A model generated the notes under the pieces. The model made no database searches. It was not told where the DNA came from and saw only the letters and a list, made by a program, of their open reading frames with translations. From Daphnia carinata (taxonomy: Eukaryota), in NCBI RefSeq assembly GCF_022539665.2, contig NC_081333.1, positions 1,612,001 to 1,676,000 of the forward strand: a stretch of DNA of 64,000 nucleotides, in the 5' to 3' direction. Made by a program: the position numbers and the translations under genes. Positions 1 to 14,761 of the stretch are shown piece after piece. How positions within the stretch are numbered: the stretch's first letter is position 1; each line of letters opens with the position of its first letter.

Positions 1-2039
1 GGAAAGCTTTTCTCATTCAGCCTTTTTATGGTCATTATAGTTCTATTACCATTTGGTTGAAATCAGCGGTTAAAATCTTTAAAAATACACGGTAGTCATA
101 ACACAAGTGGTTTTTTTTCCAATTGTTATCGTACACCAGAAATTGAAACACGGTTTAAACGCAATCGTGACCGTCGACCTTGTTCCAAATACGAAACCAC
201 TTGATCCAGTCGTTAGATTTCAATACGCGTACACTCGTAGTTTTGTTCGATTTTCGTGCCTTTCCTTCAATTCGATCTCTGTGTTTGTCACAATTAGTTG
301 AATTTTTTGTTCTCCAATTATTACGGCTACGTGCTTTTCTCTTTTATTATTCACAGGCCTGGTCACAGCAACTAGTTATACTGGTTATCCAGTAATACAA
401 GAAAGCAACTTTCTCAGTTGATCCTAGCTGTTTTTTTAATTGAAACATTTAAGCAAATCAGTTTTGATTTACATTTTAATCAACACTTAAAATTGTCAGC
501 TTACTTCGCGGTAATGACTAAAACTTTCAGTGTCCTGTATACCTTGAGAATAAGTTGTCGACCGTCGTTCAAAAGCGTCTTGAATATTGTTGTGCTCAAC
601 AACCTCGGCTACCGATACAGCCTCCATTCTGTACTCAATGAATCTACATGGAAGGTCGCTCACGACTGTGACGATGGCGATTTACATTCATCATATCGAT
701 TGAATATTTCAAAGCTGCGTCACGAATTTCTTATACATCTTTTCTGAGTGGAAGGCGGGGGGAAAGGCTTAAAGCAATCATGTCAGAAATGCTGTCTTAT
801 ACTCATTTGCTATTTTGTTTTGTTTTAGTCATTATGTCAAGGATCACCACAAGGAAAAGATAAAGCGATTCTATTAGTCCTCCACTTTTGCTATTAAATC
901 CATCTTAATGAGGTCCGTGGGGGTAGTTGGGCCGATTTCAAATGTCTTATTAGACCTCCGGCGTACTATACTAATTGAACAATCATTTTTTAAGATACTT
1001 TGGCGTCATAGTCGTGAAAATGACAATATAAGGAAACCACAATAGGTATAAGTCGATATGGCTACCTTAATTGCTGTGGTATGCTCTATATTCTAGGGTA
1101 GCATGGTCATGTTAATTCTCACGCAGACGGCGCCAATCGTGCATGCATGGACAAGACTTTTTTTCCTATTTGTTTGCCCATTTTCAACAATGCTTGGCAA
1201 ATATAGAAGCTATGTCATAAAATCCGGATTTCTTCCTGTGGGTACCGGCGTATAGAATGGTACAATACAAATAGAATCATTGCACAATTTATGTCCTTAC
1301 ATCGTTATGGAATTGACATCAGTTGCAACGCACGCGGAGTCCTTGTCATGCCATCACGACCGCCTAATGAACATATGTCCAAAACTAAAACAAGAACAGC
1401 TAAAAACGCTTATGAATAATGATTCATTTCTTCGGGGATCATTTATGAAATATGAAATTGATATCGCAATGTTAAGTATTGCATTACCTTCATTTTTCAA
1501 TACCTGGAATTTTGGGAAATAAAAGCAGCAAGCTAGTGACATAAAGAGACGTTCCGTGTATAATCGAAACAACCAAATAAAAACAAACAAGCAAAACGAA
1601 AGGAAAACCTTCGTGCTTCACATGGCTAAAGTAGAAGGCTATATAGATGAAGGTTGAACTCAGCCGGCGAGACTTGACTGTGTGTTTTTTTTGTGTGTGC
1701 GTGGGTCGAGTTGCTCTTTGCTTTTGAATTTTTAAGGTGTTTTCCACTAGTTTTCTTTGCTTGCTTCTGTTTTACCAGCTTTTGCTTCCTATATCCTTTG
1801 TACATTTCCTTACATCCTTTTACGAAGAGGTGGAGCCAGTCCAGGTAAAGTGATGCTGCTTCCACAGGTCCATTTCAGCCAGTTGTTGTTCGAAACTTCT
1901 TGAAGCAACAAGATCCTTCTCACTTACGGACTACATTTCTTATCCGGTTGTCATTTGTTGTTTCAATAGCAAAAAAAATCACCAGTGGATATTTCAACTA
2001 GTGTCTTCCACACAATTCTTTTAACTGTAAAATTAAGCA

Positions 2040-4060
2040 ATGGGACGAGTGAAACGGATGAACAGTAATGTTGAAGCTACCGCAAATGACATGAGCGGGA
2101 GAAAAGTTAGTAGCCAGTGCGAACAACCATCCTTACCTCCGGATGGTGGACCTCACGCCTGGCTCATCGTTATCGCTAGTTTCCTGACGAACGGCATTGT
2201 CTTCGGCATCCACAATTGTTACGGCATCATCTACGTTCGACTTAGAACACATCTCGAACAAGCTGGAGTCAACGAAGCGGCCCTCAAAGCTTGCAAGTTC
2301 TTTTTTGTTCATTTTGCGCTGTCATATTATAATTCTTATTAATGCAGATCAATGTCATTTATGTCATTACAGCGCTGGTGGGATCTCTTTCAATTGGTAT
2401 GACTTTCTTTGTTTCTCCCATCGCCGGAATTCTGATCGACTCCATCGGATTGAGGAGGACGGCGGTTCTAGGTGGAGCCATTGCTACCATAGGCATGTTG
2501 GCTTCCTCATTTGCTCTAGCGCACGTAAGTGACATCGTCATTGTGTGTCCAGTTTTATTCGTGAAGATTAAAAGATCAAAACGTGCACAGGTAGAAGCGT
2601 TGTACCTAACTTACGGAGTACTATTCGGCGCTGGAACTTCGTTGGCTTACAATCCATCATTGGTGATTTTGGGACATTACTTCGAGAAACGTTTGGGATT
2701 TGTGAGCGGTTTGGTGACAGCCGGCAGTTCGGTTTTCACCTTCACGTTGCCCTTCTTTCTCGAATGCATTTTGGGCTTGGGATTGGAGGCCACGCTTCAA
2801 ATCCTTGCCGGAATGATGGGTCTCTTAATGATCTGCGCTCTCACTTTCGTGCCCAGACTAACGCCATCAGAAAACAAAGAAACAACGACTAATGTGGAAG
2901 GCAGTGCTGGTTGTTCGAGACTTTGGAAAAAGTACATTAATTTTTCCATCTGGAAAAATAAAAAGTACGTCATTTGGGCCATTGCCATCCCTATTGCCAT
3001 GCTCGGATATTTCGTCCCTTACGTTCATCTGGTGAGTGAGGATTATTTATTTTAGAGCCACCCAATTTTCATTAAAAATTCGGGATTGATAGGTCTCGTA
3101 TGTTAAAGACGTCCTACCGGAGGCAGATGGCAAAGTCTTGGTGCTTTGCATTGGCTTGTCATCCGGTGTTGGCCGATTGGTCTTTGGCAAAATCGGTGAT
3201 CATCCGAAAGTCAACAGAGTAATCCTTCAGCAAACGGCCTTTTTCTCCATCGGTGTTGTCACCATGTTATTGACACTTGCCAATTCATTCACCTGGTTCA
3301 TTGTCTTGTGTCTCCTTTTGGGCTTGTTTGATGGCTGCTTGATCGCTCTCGTCGGACCCATAGCCTTTGACTTTTGCGGACCGAAGAACGCTTCCCAAGC
3401 CATAGGTTTCTTATTGGGACTTCACTCGCTACCAATGACAACTGGCCCCACTGTCGCTGGTTCGTTTACTTTCGTACAACTTAACTTGGGCATTGCTTAA
3501 TTATATTTTTTGTGATTATTGCGAATAGGAGCGATGTACGGAGCGCTAAAAAGCTATCGCCTTCCATTTTTACTGGCAGGGTGTCCGTTGATCATTTGCG
3601 CGCTTATTATGCTCTTGATTCACAGGGTGAAAGACCAGCAAATCGACGATAACGAATCAACAGACATTGGAAATGATTCAACTAAGGGCAAATCAAGCGA
3701 AAATTCGGATGTCAATGGCAATGAGAATAGCCATGAGACAACTTCCTACGCTGTGCGCGCCGTTCCATACGAGGGATTTAAAGGTTTGTTGTAAATTTCA
3801 TTTTCAATAGAAACAAAAAACTGACCTAGTTTGGTGTTTCAGGTGGACGGGCTGTCTCGGACCATTCTTCCGGCATGGTTGTTGAAACAACTGTAGTACA
3901 AGGCTCTAATCGGAAGCCTGTCATGGCCGTCTCAAGCAACTGGTCTCCGGCTGTCGGGAGGTATCACGTCCCACCCACAGCGCATGCAACCATGGACCGT
4001 AGCGCCACCCCAGTTTTCCTAACTAGTTTCCAGAAAAACCCATCTGCCATATTATGGTGA
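2040..4060 (+). CDS. SLC16A10: Monocarboxylate/aromatic amino acid transporter, SLC16 family (MCT10-like), multi-exon
   Basis: Has the SLC16 signature PPDGGPHAW before TM1, ILGHYFEKRLG in the TM4-5 loop, GYFVPYVHL, GRLVFGKIGD and many hydrophobic segments. The first coding intron is 2293-2372 (GC-AG). The last exon 3843-4060 is inferred from splice phase; retaining that intron would give a stop at 3794. Confidence 0.88.
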
Positions 4061-5061
4061 AGAACGGTCCAGACGGGCGTACGTGATGTAAGGTTGGTCT
4101 CTTAAATGACGCTAAAAAGCGCACCGGTTAAGGAAGCCGATCGGCTGTTCTACCCCTTCCTATTAGTATCTATTGAAGATGAATTTTTAAAGATAGTATA
4201 TGCTGACACGCAACGGTTCTAGATAACAAATTGCGATTTCCGTATTAAGATTAAAGTGTTTTTTCACCCACGCCATCAAGCCAACCGCAATTATTTTTGT
4301 AAGACTCTTCCTTTTCTTGAAAGCGCTTCACCTTGTGCTGAATGTCAGCGCAAACCTATTTGTTGTTCCATTATTAATTATTGTGATTGGGATCTGTTAA
4401 TTAAGGTAACGTATATACAGAAAAGAGGTACGGAATAAAACTAAATGACATCATCAGTTGTCAAAGTTTTTCTTTTTCTTCTTTGAAATGGTTGACCTCC
4501 TGCCTATTTTTTTGAGCGGTTTTTGGTAAGTTATCTACACACCCTTTTGGTGTTACTGCTGTAAGACGCACCCAACCGAGACCAACCCTTTGGGCAAGAG
4601 TCAAACATGCTTGGAAACGAGGACATTTTAGCAATCAATTGCGACTCTTTCTGAAGTTGTTAATGGTAACACAAACCGGCGTGAAATACCTTCTGCACCT
4701 TTCACTGTGATTCCATCGAAGGAGAAATCTCGGCATTCAGATATCTGCGAGAAGCAAATTCTTGATGCAGAAATACCTGTTAAGTAACCTGCTTGACGGG
4801 ATCAGTTACGCAATCCCTGAACGTGCCCCGATTAATGGGCAATTTGGCGTTAAAGAACGAAACAAATTGGGTTACGGTAATATTGAGAAGCAATGTTTAT
4901 TAAATAAAATGGCATTTTTAAAAGACAACTTAACGCTTGAGCAGGTATGTACAATACGAGTTTTGGTAAATATAAATTTCTTTGATTTAGGTAAACATTG
5001 AAAGTATATACTATATGTTAACATTTTGCTCTGTAGTAACAAGTTGACTTATCCCGTTCAT

Positions 5062-5385
5062 TTAACCCCAGTAAGAATAAGGGTAGTAATTATAATACAA
5101 GGGTGGATAGTAATAAGGATAAGGTAGACCATAACCATAGCCATAGCCGTAACCGTACGGCAGGTAAGGATTGTAGAAATGTTCGCTAGTTTTCAAATCA
5201 GCCTCGTCCGTTTTTGCGCTTACTGTCTCTGCTGGTGGTTTGGGGGATTCTTCGCTCACAGGCATGCAAGTGACCACAGCGATCAATAAGGCAAAGATGA
5301 TCTATTTGCCAAATTATCGATAAGTTAAAGCCAAATTTGTAATCAAGAAAAATCCGAAGGCAAGAAGACTTACCAGAATTTTCAT
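5062..5385 (-). CDS. Small secreted Tyr/Gly/Pro-rich peptide (83 aa, 2 exons)
   Basis: Exon 1 is 5385-5374 (MKIL, then GTAAGT) and exon 2 is 5301-5062. The product is a signal peptide MKILIIFALLIAVVTC, an acidic spacer ending DLKTSE, then HFYNPYLPYGYGYGYGLPYPYYYPPLYYNYYPYSYWG. Confidence 0.8.
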
Positions 5386-5467
5386 TTTCGGTCTTCGTTT
5401 GCCGTTACGTTAGGCTCTTACTGGTGGTTAGGTATAGACTGTTTGACGAGAAACACGTACTGGGCCA

Positions 5468-5474
5468 TTTTATA
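5468..5474 (-). promoter_or_regulatory. TATA box of the Tyr-rich peptide gene
   Basis: TATAAAA on the minus strand about 85 nt upstream of the ATG, with an Inr-like CAGTC about 30 nt downstream of it. Confidence 0.55.
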
Positions 5475-6298
5475 CATCTTACCAAAGCGCAGCTTTAGTC
5501 ATCGGATAGTCCATATTTGGGGTCAAACGGGAAAGCAGCAGAAGCATGAGAACCGTCGAGAACCCGTACTGAAAACCAAGGCCAATTGCCTTTTTTGCCA
5601 AACATTACACTTTAGTCCCACTTTCACTTTCTCCTTGCCAAGTTGTCCGCTAATGATTGAATGCAAATCATTGAAGTTTTATTGGTATTCACGGGAAAGA
5701 CCTGCAAAAACAAAGTTACACCCAAAAGAAAAAGGCGTGTTTATAATGGCGGCCTAGCTGTGAGCAACGTGAATTTCGCAATAGTTGTTATTCTTATCTT
5801 ATGAGTTTCTCTAAACGATCTCGAAAATATATTACTCTAAAATTTAAGTAAATCTCTGAAAAATTGCGTCACAAACGAAAAAACCTATCAAGTTGTCAGC
5901 AACCTTAGTTGCGGGCATTCTGTTGGGCTGCAAATAAACGCTATTAGCCAATATTATAGTTCAAAATACTTTTTAATACGTAGTAATGTAAATTCGAAAT
6001 CATTTTGTTACTGTAAGCCATAGGTAGGATTAGTTGTAGTAGTAGCGCCTACCGCTAGATGCTCTACTTTGTAGCAGACGAAAACGAATCTGTGGATTTA
6101 CGGCATGCCGACAAAATTGTTTGATGGTTTAAAATGGGAATTTCAGTATTATTGTTTTAAGATTTCTGTTAACTATAAGGACGTTTTTAAATTAATGTCA
6201 CCTTTCGCGTGACGACTTAGAAAATCTGCGTTGCTTGTATGAGAGCGTGTTTAGTTGTATTTTAAGTAAGCATCGTTTCAATAGAATTCGGCTGAAAT

Positions 6299-9200
6299 AT
6301 GAAGAAGAAGACTGCATTGAAATTGTTGTCTGGCGCGCTTCTTCTTTTTGCCTTCGTCCAAGGAATTCGGCGCTTTGTCTTCGATTTGGAAGATAACAAA
6401 TGTGAAATGACCTTCATGTTTGAATATCCTCAGTACATTGTAAATTCATAAATTCTATTATAAATATTTATATTTCTGTAAATTTTACATTGGTATTTTA
6501 GAAACTTAACTTGAAGGAGCTCAGTTCAACCAAGTTCCCTCATTACAACTTATTTGTGTATGGTGAAGGAGAGCAAGCTGCAAAGTATAAAAAGGGTCAA
6601 TTTACTGGTATACCAGTCCTTTTTATACCAGGAAATGCTGGATCATATAAGCAAGGTGATATTTTCATTACTATAAACTGTTTACAAAAAGAAATAATGG
6701 AATATGTGATTTCTGCAGTACGCTCTCTTGCTTCATATGCTTATCGTAAATCTTTGGATTCACACAAGCATTTTCACTTTGATTTTTTCACTATTGATTT
6801 TAATGAAGAGCTGTCTGCTTTGTATGGTGGTATTCTCAACCAACAAACTGCATATGCAAATCATTGTATAAAAAGCATCCAGCTTCTCTACAAGAACATT
6901 GATCAAAGACAAAAATCACTTCTCATAATTGGCCATTCAATGGTAAAAAGCTTGAAAATTCCTATTACTGAAATGGTTGTTATGATGAGAACTTTTTCTC
7001 TTTGTTGCTCCAGGGTGGAATGGTTGCTAAAGCAGTTTATAAAGAAATGGATTTTGACTTAAATCAAATAAACACCATAATAACCCTGGCTACTCCTCAT
7101 CGAAGACCTGTCGTATCCTTAGACGAAGACATGACGAATTTTTATCGACAAACTAATCAGTTCTGGCAAGAATCGACCACCCGGACAAAAAACGTTGCTT
7201 TAGCTTCGATTGGTGGAGCTGACCGAGATATTCAAGTACGATCTGGGCTGACAGCTGCACATTCACCAACCATCAACGTACTGGTAATATTACCCTTTGA
7301 ACTCTCGAGATCGTACAAAATTGTTTAGTAAAAATTCTTGCGTGATTTCGATACGTTAGACAACTGAAATACCAACAGTTTGGCTTGCAACGGACCACCT
7401 GTGTATAGGTATAAAAACATTTATTATGCATCCAAGCCAGTGTGTAAATAGTAATATAGTATCCAGTATGGTGTAAACAGGTTGTTTCGGCGGTAGTACG
7501 TGTTCTGTTTGATATGGTGGATTCTTCAAATCAGAATTGGGTTGAACCTGTTGCTATTCGCGAGGAAATTTTACGGTATCATTTGATCCAGGTAATTATT
7601 TGTTTGTGAATAAAAATATAGATATTTTACTCATTTATATTTTTGCTCTTCTAAATGCACGTAAAAGCACCCTGGAGGGAAAAGCTTTAAAGATTTCCAA
7701 AGTGCAAAAGAGGTACAGTTTGATCCTGATGGACAGTGGCGAGAGGTCGTTGCTCCCCGTTTTACTGCTAGTCCTCAAGCAGAAGACAAGAGTAATAGCT
7801 ATTTCATGATCCCAATAGTTGACAACGCTTTTCGGGATCGGTTAACTGCCATAGCGTCGGGATTATCCATTAAATATTGGGTTTTTGGATGCGTTGCCAT
7901 GTCTTGGAAGAACAATGCCAGATTCTGGTATTTTCCTCTTATATCTACTTTTTTAGGTTTGTTCAGGACTAAAATAATATTTTGTTCCGTATAGTGAGCG
8001 AGGAATCGATTTATCACATCACACTGTACTTTTGCCCAACATCGGAGATTTTGTTAAGCGAAAATTCGTCACCCTTGATTTGGTCAGTCTCAAAGAAAAG
8101 GGTTTTTCTCACGTCATTTTAAATATTCCTAGAAATTATCAAAAGGTATTTGCATTTTTGTAAACGCCTACTTTAAAAGCGAGTTTTAACATTTTTGTTT
8201 GGTTATAGGCGTCTGTTCTGGTTGATGTGTACCGTGCTTCACACAGAAATCTTGAAATTCGCTTCCCATTCAAAAGTTACATTCCTTTTGCTTCTATTGC
8301 TGAAGTAGTTGTGCCAAGCGATACGCTTTCATTCAGCATATCGCTGCCAGACCTAAATAGGTCTTGGCAGTCTATCGTTCTCAAGCCAAGTGGAAAGAAT
8401 TGTCCTTCACAAAATAATGCTCTTATCCGGAAAGTGGTGCCATGGTCTCATGAAAGCCAGTACTTTTTGACAAATCAGAGCTTCTCGCTTCATCTTCATG
8501 CTCCTAAAGCTCCGGTGGATAGTGAATATGATTCCGTTCATCTACAATTGATCAATCCAAATCCACAATGCGCTTTCGTTATAGAGTATGGAAATGTTTT
8601 CCGTTTTAGATCATTTTGTCTTTAAATGAGAAACCTATAATTTTTTTGAATTAGAATTTCGACCGACTGGATTGGTATGTGGGCTCAATTAGCCCGCTTT
8701 TACTCACCGATCCTTTTGCCGTTGGTTTTCGCAATTTATTTACATTGTTTCGCAAAACAACTAAAGGAGAAGCAATTTGGAAACGGTGTTTCATCAACAT
8801 CATCGTGCCTTTTAGAAATGCCAATCATTAAATTAGCGCTCATTCCTGAAGCATTTTCGATTCTGTTAGGGTAATGTTTGCTTCCTTCAATGCAATCGTT
8901 TGTGCAAAAACTTTATGTTGAAGTAACGAAAATTGTTTGTTTTTCCAGATTTTTTGACTCGTTGCATCTGCCGCAATGGCCATCTTTCTCCTCAGATGAA
9001 TTTATTCTGCGAGATGATGGACTCGGCTTCCCGTTTATGTACTTGCTACTTGGAATAGTTGCTTGGTGTTTGGCAATCATATTATCCCTTCTCTTCTGGC
9101 TTGGAGTATCTGCAGGGGGCAATATTCTACACAGTTTCTTAATCCGGTAATTGCTCTAGTATCTCGTCGAATTGCATGTTTGTGTCTATCAATTTCACGC

Positions 9201-10230
9201 CTTGTTATGTGTTATTTTTTACATTATTTTTCCTAGTTATTTGAGAGGTTCCTATGGAATTTCGCTGATTGTGGCAGAAGTAGTAGCGATCGGTCTATCA
9301 CGAATACCTTTATTCATATCTGTGGCTCTCGTTGCAATTGCATCCAGTACCTGCGGATCCCTAGCGCTATTTCTTGGATTGGCAGTTTGCATCTGGAAGG
9401 TTACAACAATTCAATTATTAACAGTTCATGACTTCTATAGGAATCTACGACCCTAATTTTTACCATCGAACAACATGTGCATAAGCACCGAAAATGATTG
9501 TCAATGTGGTACCTAACTGCTGCTGATGTAAAATTTTAAATACGCCAGCGTCAGTTGCGCATTGGCCATCACGTTAAGTACCCCATAAACCACCATGTTC
9601 TGTGTTGAAAGACAAATCGCAGGGCGAGAAAAACTAGCATCAAACACCCGTGTAAATGAGTTTTTATTTACTCTTTCAGTTGTTCGGCTATTACGAGGAT
9701 GAGTTGGAGTCGATGTTGAGTGATGAAGAAAACCAAGAAGTAGATGACGACTTTCATATTAACACAACTATATCTTTGCTGTGGCTTTGCACTGCTTTTC
9801 TCAGTGTTCCAACCCTTATTATCTGGAGCAAAAGCCCAGAGTAATACTTTAGTGCAGAAACAATTTACATTCTCTTAACAAAAACTTTCATCTCATCTTT
9901 TACCTTACAGTTTGACTCTACCAAATGATTATTGGCTGGTCCCTAGTTTTGTCTGGAGTATCTCGGGAATAATGATTTGGCAAAATTCGGCGGCAGTTCA
10001 GGAAAAGTACATATTTTTTTCTAATTTAATCTATTAATTACCTATACTTTGATGTAATATTTACTTTTCTTTTCATTAATTCAAGGTCCGCCTCTTACGG
10101 TCGCGTGGGTAATGTGGTCTCCATGCTTTCCCTGTTGCTTCTAGCGTTTGGCTTAGTCTCGATTTATCGAATCCCTTATTTCGTTACTGCCGCGATCGCC
10201 ATATACGCTGTAGCCAAGTATTTCATGTGA
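6299..10230 (+). CDS. PGAP1: GPI inositol-deacylase, multi-exon
   Basis: N-terminal anchor followed by NKCEMTFMFEYPQY, GIPVLFIPGNAGSYKQ, the lipase motif IGHSM|GG, TLATPH, GGADRDIQVRSGL and VWLATDHLCI, then a multi-TM C-terminus. Confidence 0.93.
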
Positions 10231-10772
10231 CAGTGAGATATGGAAGGAAGAGGTTTTGTTACGTTGGTTTTAGTGCTTCATCAAATTGTCACTACCTGCT
10301 TCAAGTAATAAAATAACAAGAAGATTAGGAGCTTTTTTTCTGCAGTACAGAGATGGTTGCTGTTCTTGTTCACGTTCGTAAACTATTTGAAGTAGCCTAC
10401 TAAGTAAGGTGATTTCCTAATTGCAAGAAGCCATGTAATGTACCAAATGCCATAAGCATAAAATCGGATGTTGGCTAAGAAATTTTGTATAATTTCCGCC
10501 TGAGCTAATCGATCCCGTTTGAAATACAAATGAAAATAAATTAACATTATAAATGCGAACTAAGGCAATTATCGATAGTTAAGCGATTGATTATCGAATC
10601 TTTTGTAAATTCAGACGACGGCACTTACTGAAAAGAAATATGAAAGTTGGGCGATTGGTACTGGGTGAAAAACAAAACAAAACCGAGTGAGAAAACCTAA
10701 AACCGCGTTAATTCCCCTCTAGATTCGGGGAGTTCTAATTATTCGCGAAGGTTTCGTTTTGGCGTTTGTGAA

Positions 10773-12902
<2,130 letters not shown>

Positions 12903-12949
12903 TGCAATGAAGCTGATCATGTAATTAACACATTCACGGTTGTCCCAAT

Positions 12950-14416
12950 TCAAGCTACAAGTTTTTCTTTAAAGGTCAAACGAGGCCGCTTGTCATCTCT
13001 GACTTTCATCGGTTCGGCTATAAATGGTCCTGAGGTTGTTTTCACAATTACTGTCTTTTCATCAACACTCTTTCTTTTTAGTAATGACTTCAGTTCTGGT
13101 GATGCCTTTTTTCGATTGGATAATTCAATAGACAATTTCGAGGAGCTGTTGCGGGCTTCAGCGCTAAGCGGCTTAATATCTTTCTGCATAGACAAGCTCG
13201 GGTTTTTTTCGGTCCATGCAGACAGGCACGTGATGCGACAAGTCGAGTCCACTTGAGTCACTAAAAATGGTTCTCCAGTTATTTCCTAAATAAGAAATGA
13301 AACAATTGTTTTCCTTCCATTGCACACTTGAACATTTGTTAGCTCTTACGGGAATGCGCCACAGTTTGATAAATCCATCGTTAGACGCTGTGACCAAATG
13401 AAGGTCTTCGGAAATGTTGAGCTTTGTAACGGCCGCCGCCTTTACTCTCTTCTCATGGGCTTTGAATTGAGATACAAGCTTTCGTTGTGTGACAGAATGG
13501 GATTCAATATTAGGCCCTTCTCCCCCGATAAGCAAGGTATCTTCCTATCAAGAAAATTACATTGGTAACATTTGCCTAGGCTAAAGATAATAACCAAAGC
13601 TCACATTAAAAAACAATACAAAGTTGACTCTGCTTTTGAAATCAACAGTGTGTTTAACTCCAGCAGACTTAACTTCATAAATGTTTGCATTTGTGTTGAT
13701 GCATACAGCCCACACAGTTCCTTCAGGGCTCCATTTGACTGAATCAGCAACAGCTTTGATATTTGTGACATATGCTGTCCTGCCTTTGATAAGATTCCAT
13801 GTTTTCATGGCTCTGTCTTTCCCGACACTGATTGCCAACTTTCCAGATGGATGAATTGAGAGCGCAGTAACTCCACCAGGATGAGCTTTGAGTGTTTTTT
13901 CACAGTTCCATGTTTTGGTATTCCAGACACAGATATTTCCATCATCACTCCCACTGAACAGATAACTTTGTTGGAAGAAATCCAGGCAGGTTATGGTACC
14001 TTTGGAAACAATTGATATTTACTAGAACATAATAGACTTTGTTTTGTTTGTGTTTTTCTCTGTAAAACACTGATTCATACCATTGTGTTGTTGGAGAAAG
14101 CCATATTCAGAACGAGTTTTCAAATTGAAAAGTCGAATGGATTCATCAGTACTTCCTGAAGCTAAGAATTGTTTGCAAGTAGCAACTGAGCGGATACTAC
14201 CACAGTGGCTATGATTGGTAAAGCTGGGGGCAAAACTTAATCCCTACAAAATTCAAAAATGTCAAACAACCATAGAGAGGAAAAATGATAATTACTTACT
14301 CCTTCTGCATTTCTTTGTAATCTAAATCCTAGGTTAAATTCCTCGTAAGTCCCAACAAGAACTTCTAAGTTGGGCTGAGCATCAGGAACACGTGCATCTT
14401 CAACTGAGACCACCAT
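12950..14416 (-). CDS. PAK1IP1: p21-activated kinase-interacting protein 1 / Mak11-like WD40 ribosome biogenesis factor
   Basis: N-terminal LEVLVGTYEE, then HSHCGSIRSVA, LASGSTDESIRLF, LAISVGKDRAMKTWNLIKGR, AHEKRVK, VTASNDGFIKLW and CRITCL. Confidence 0.88.
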
Positions 14417-14761
14417 TTTAAAATAAGTTGTTACACCACGTGAAATTACGCTGTTTACTTTCTTTGCCGTATCGATCTGTGAGACTACAGACTAGGGCAA
14501 CTTGGGGAGTACGCCCCGATTGAAACCCTTCAAGGAGCAGGGCGAAAAACAAACGTCCTACTCCCCAAAAACCTTGCCCCGAAATTCTGAAACTCCTTCC
14601 CCGATCGGTAAAAAAGTTCAGGGTTGGTTGTGGAGCCCAACCTTACACCGTTCATTCCTTGCCCCATTCCAAACCCGGTTTGCAATTCCAAAGGGTTTTT
14701 GCCTCACTTTCATCATTTGGCAACAGAGCCTCTTGTGAAGAAGAGTGAAACGAAGCTAAAA

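Noticed and set aside
1791..1799. ATATCCTTT as a U12-type donor (also on the minus strand near 20571)
   Set aside because: Neither lies at an exon boundary I can define. The second is inside COQ10 coding sequence.
107..1865. Short ORFs upstream of the SLC16 gene
   Set aside because: They have no recognisable protein features. The region is most likely promoter, 5' UTR or intron.
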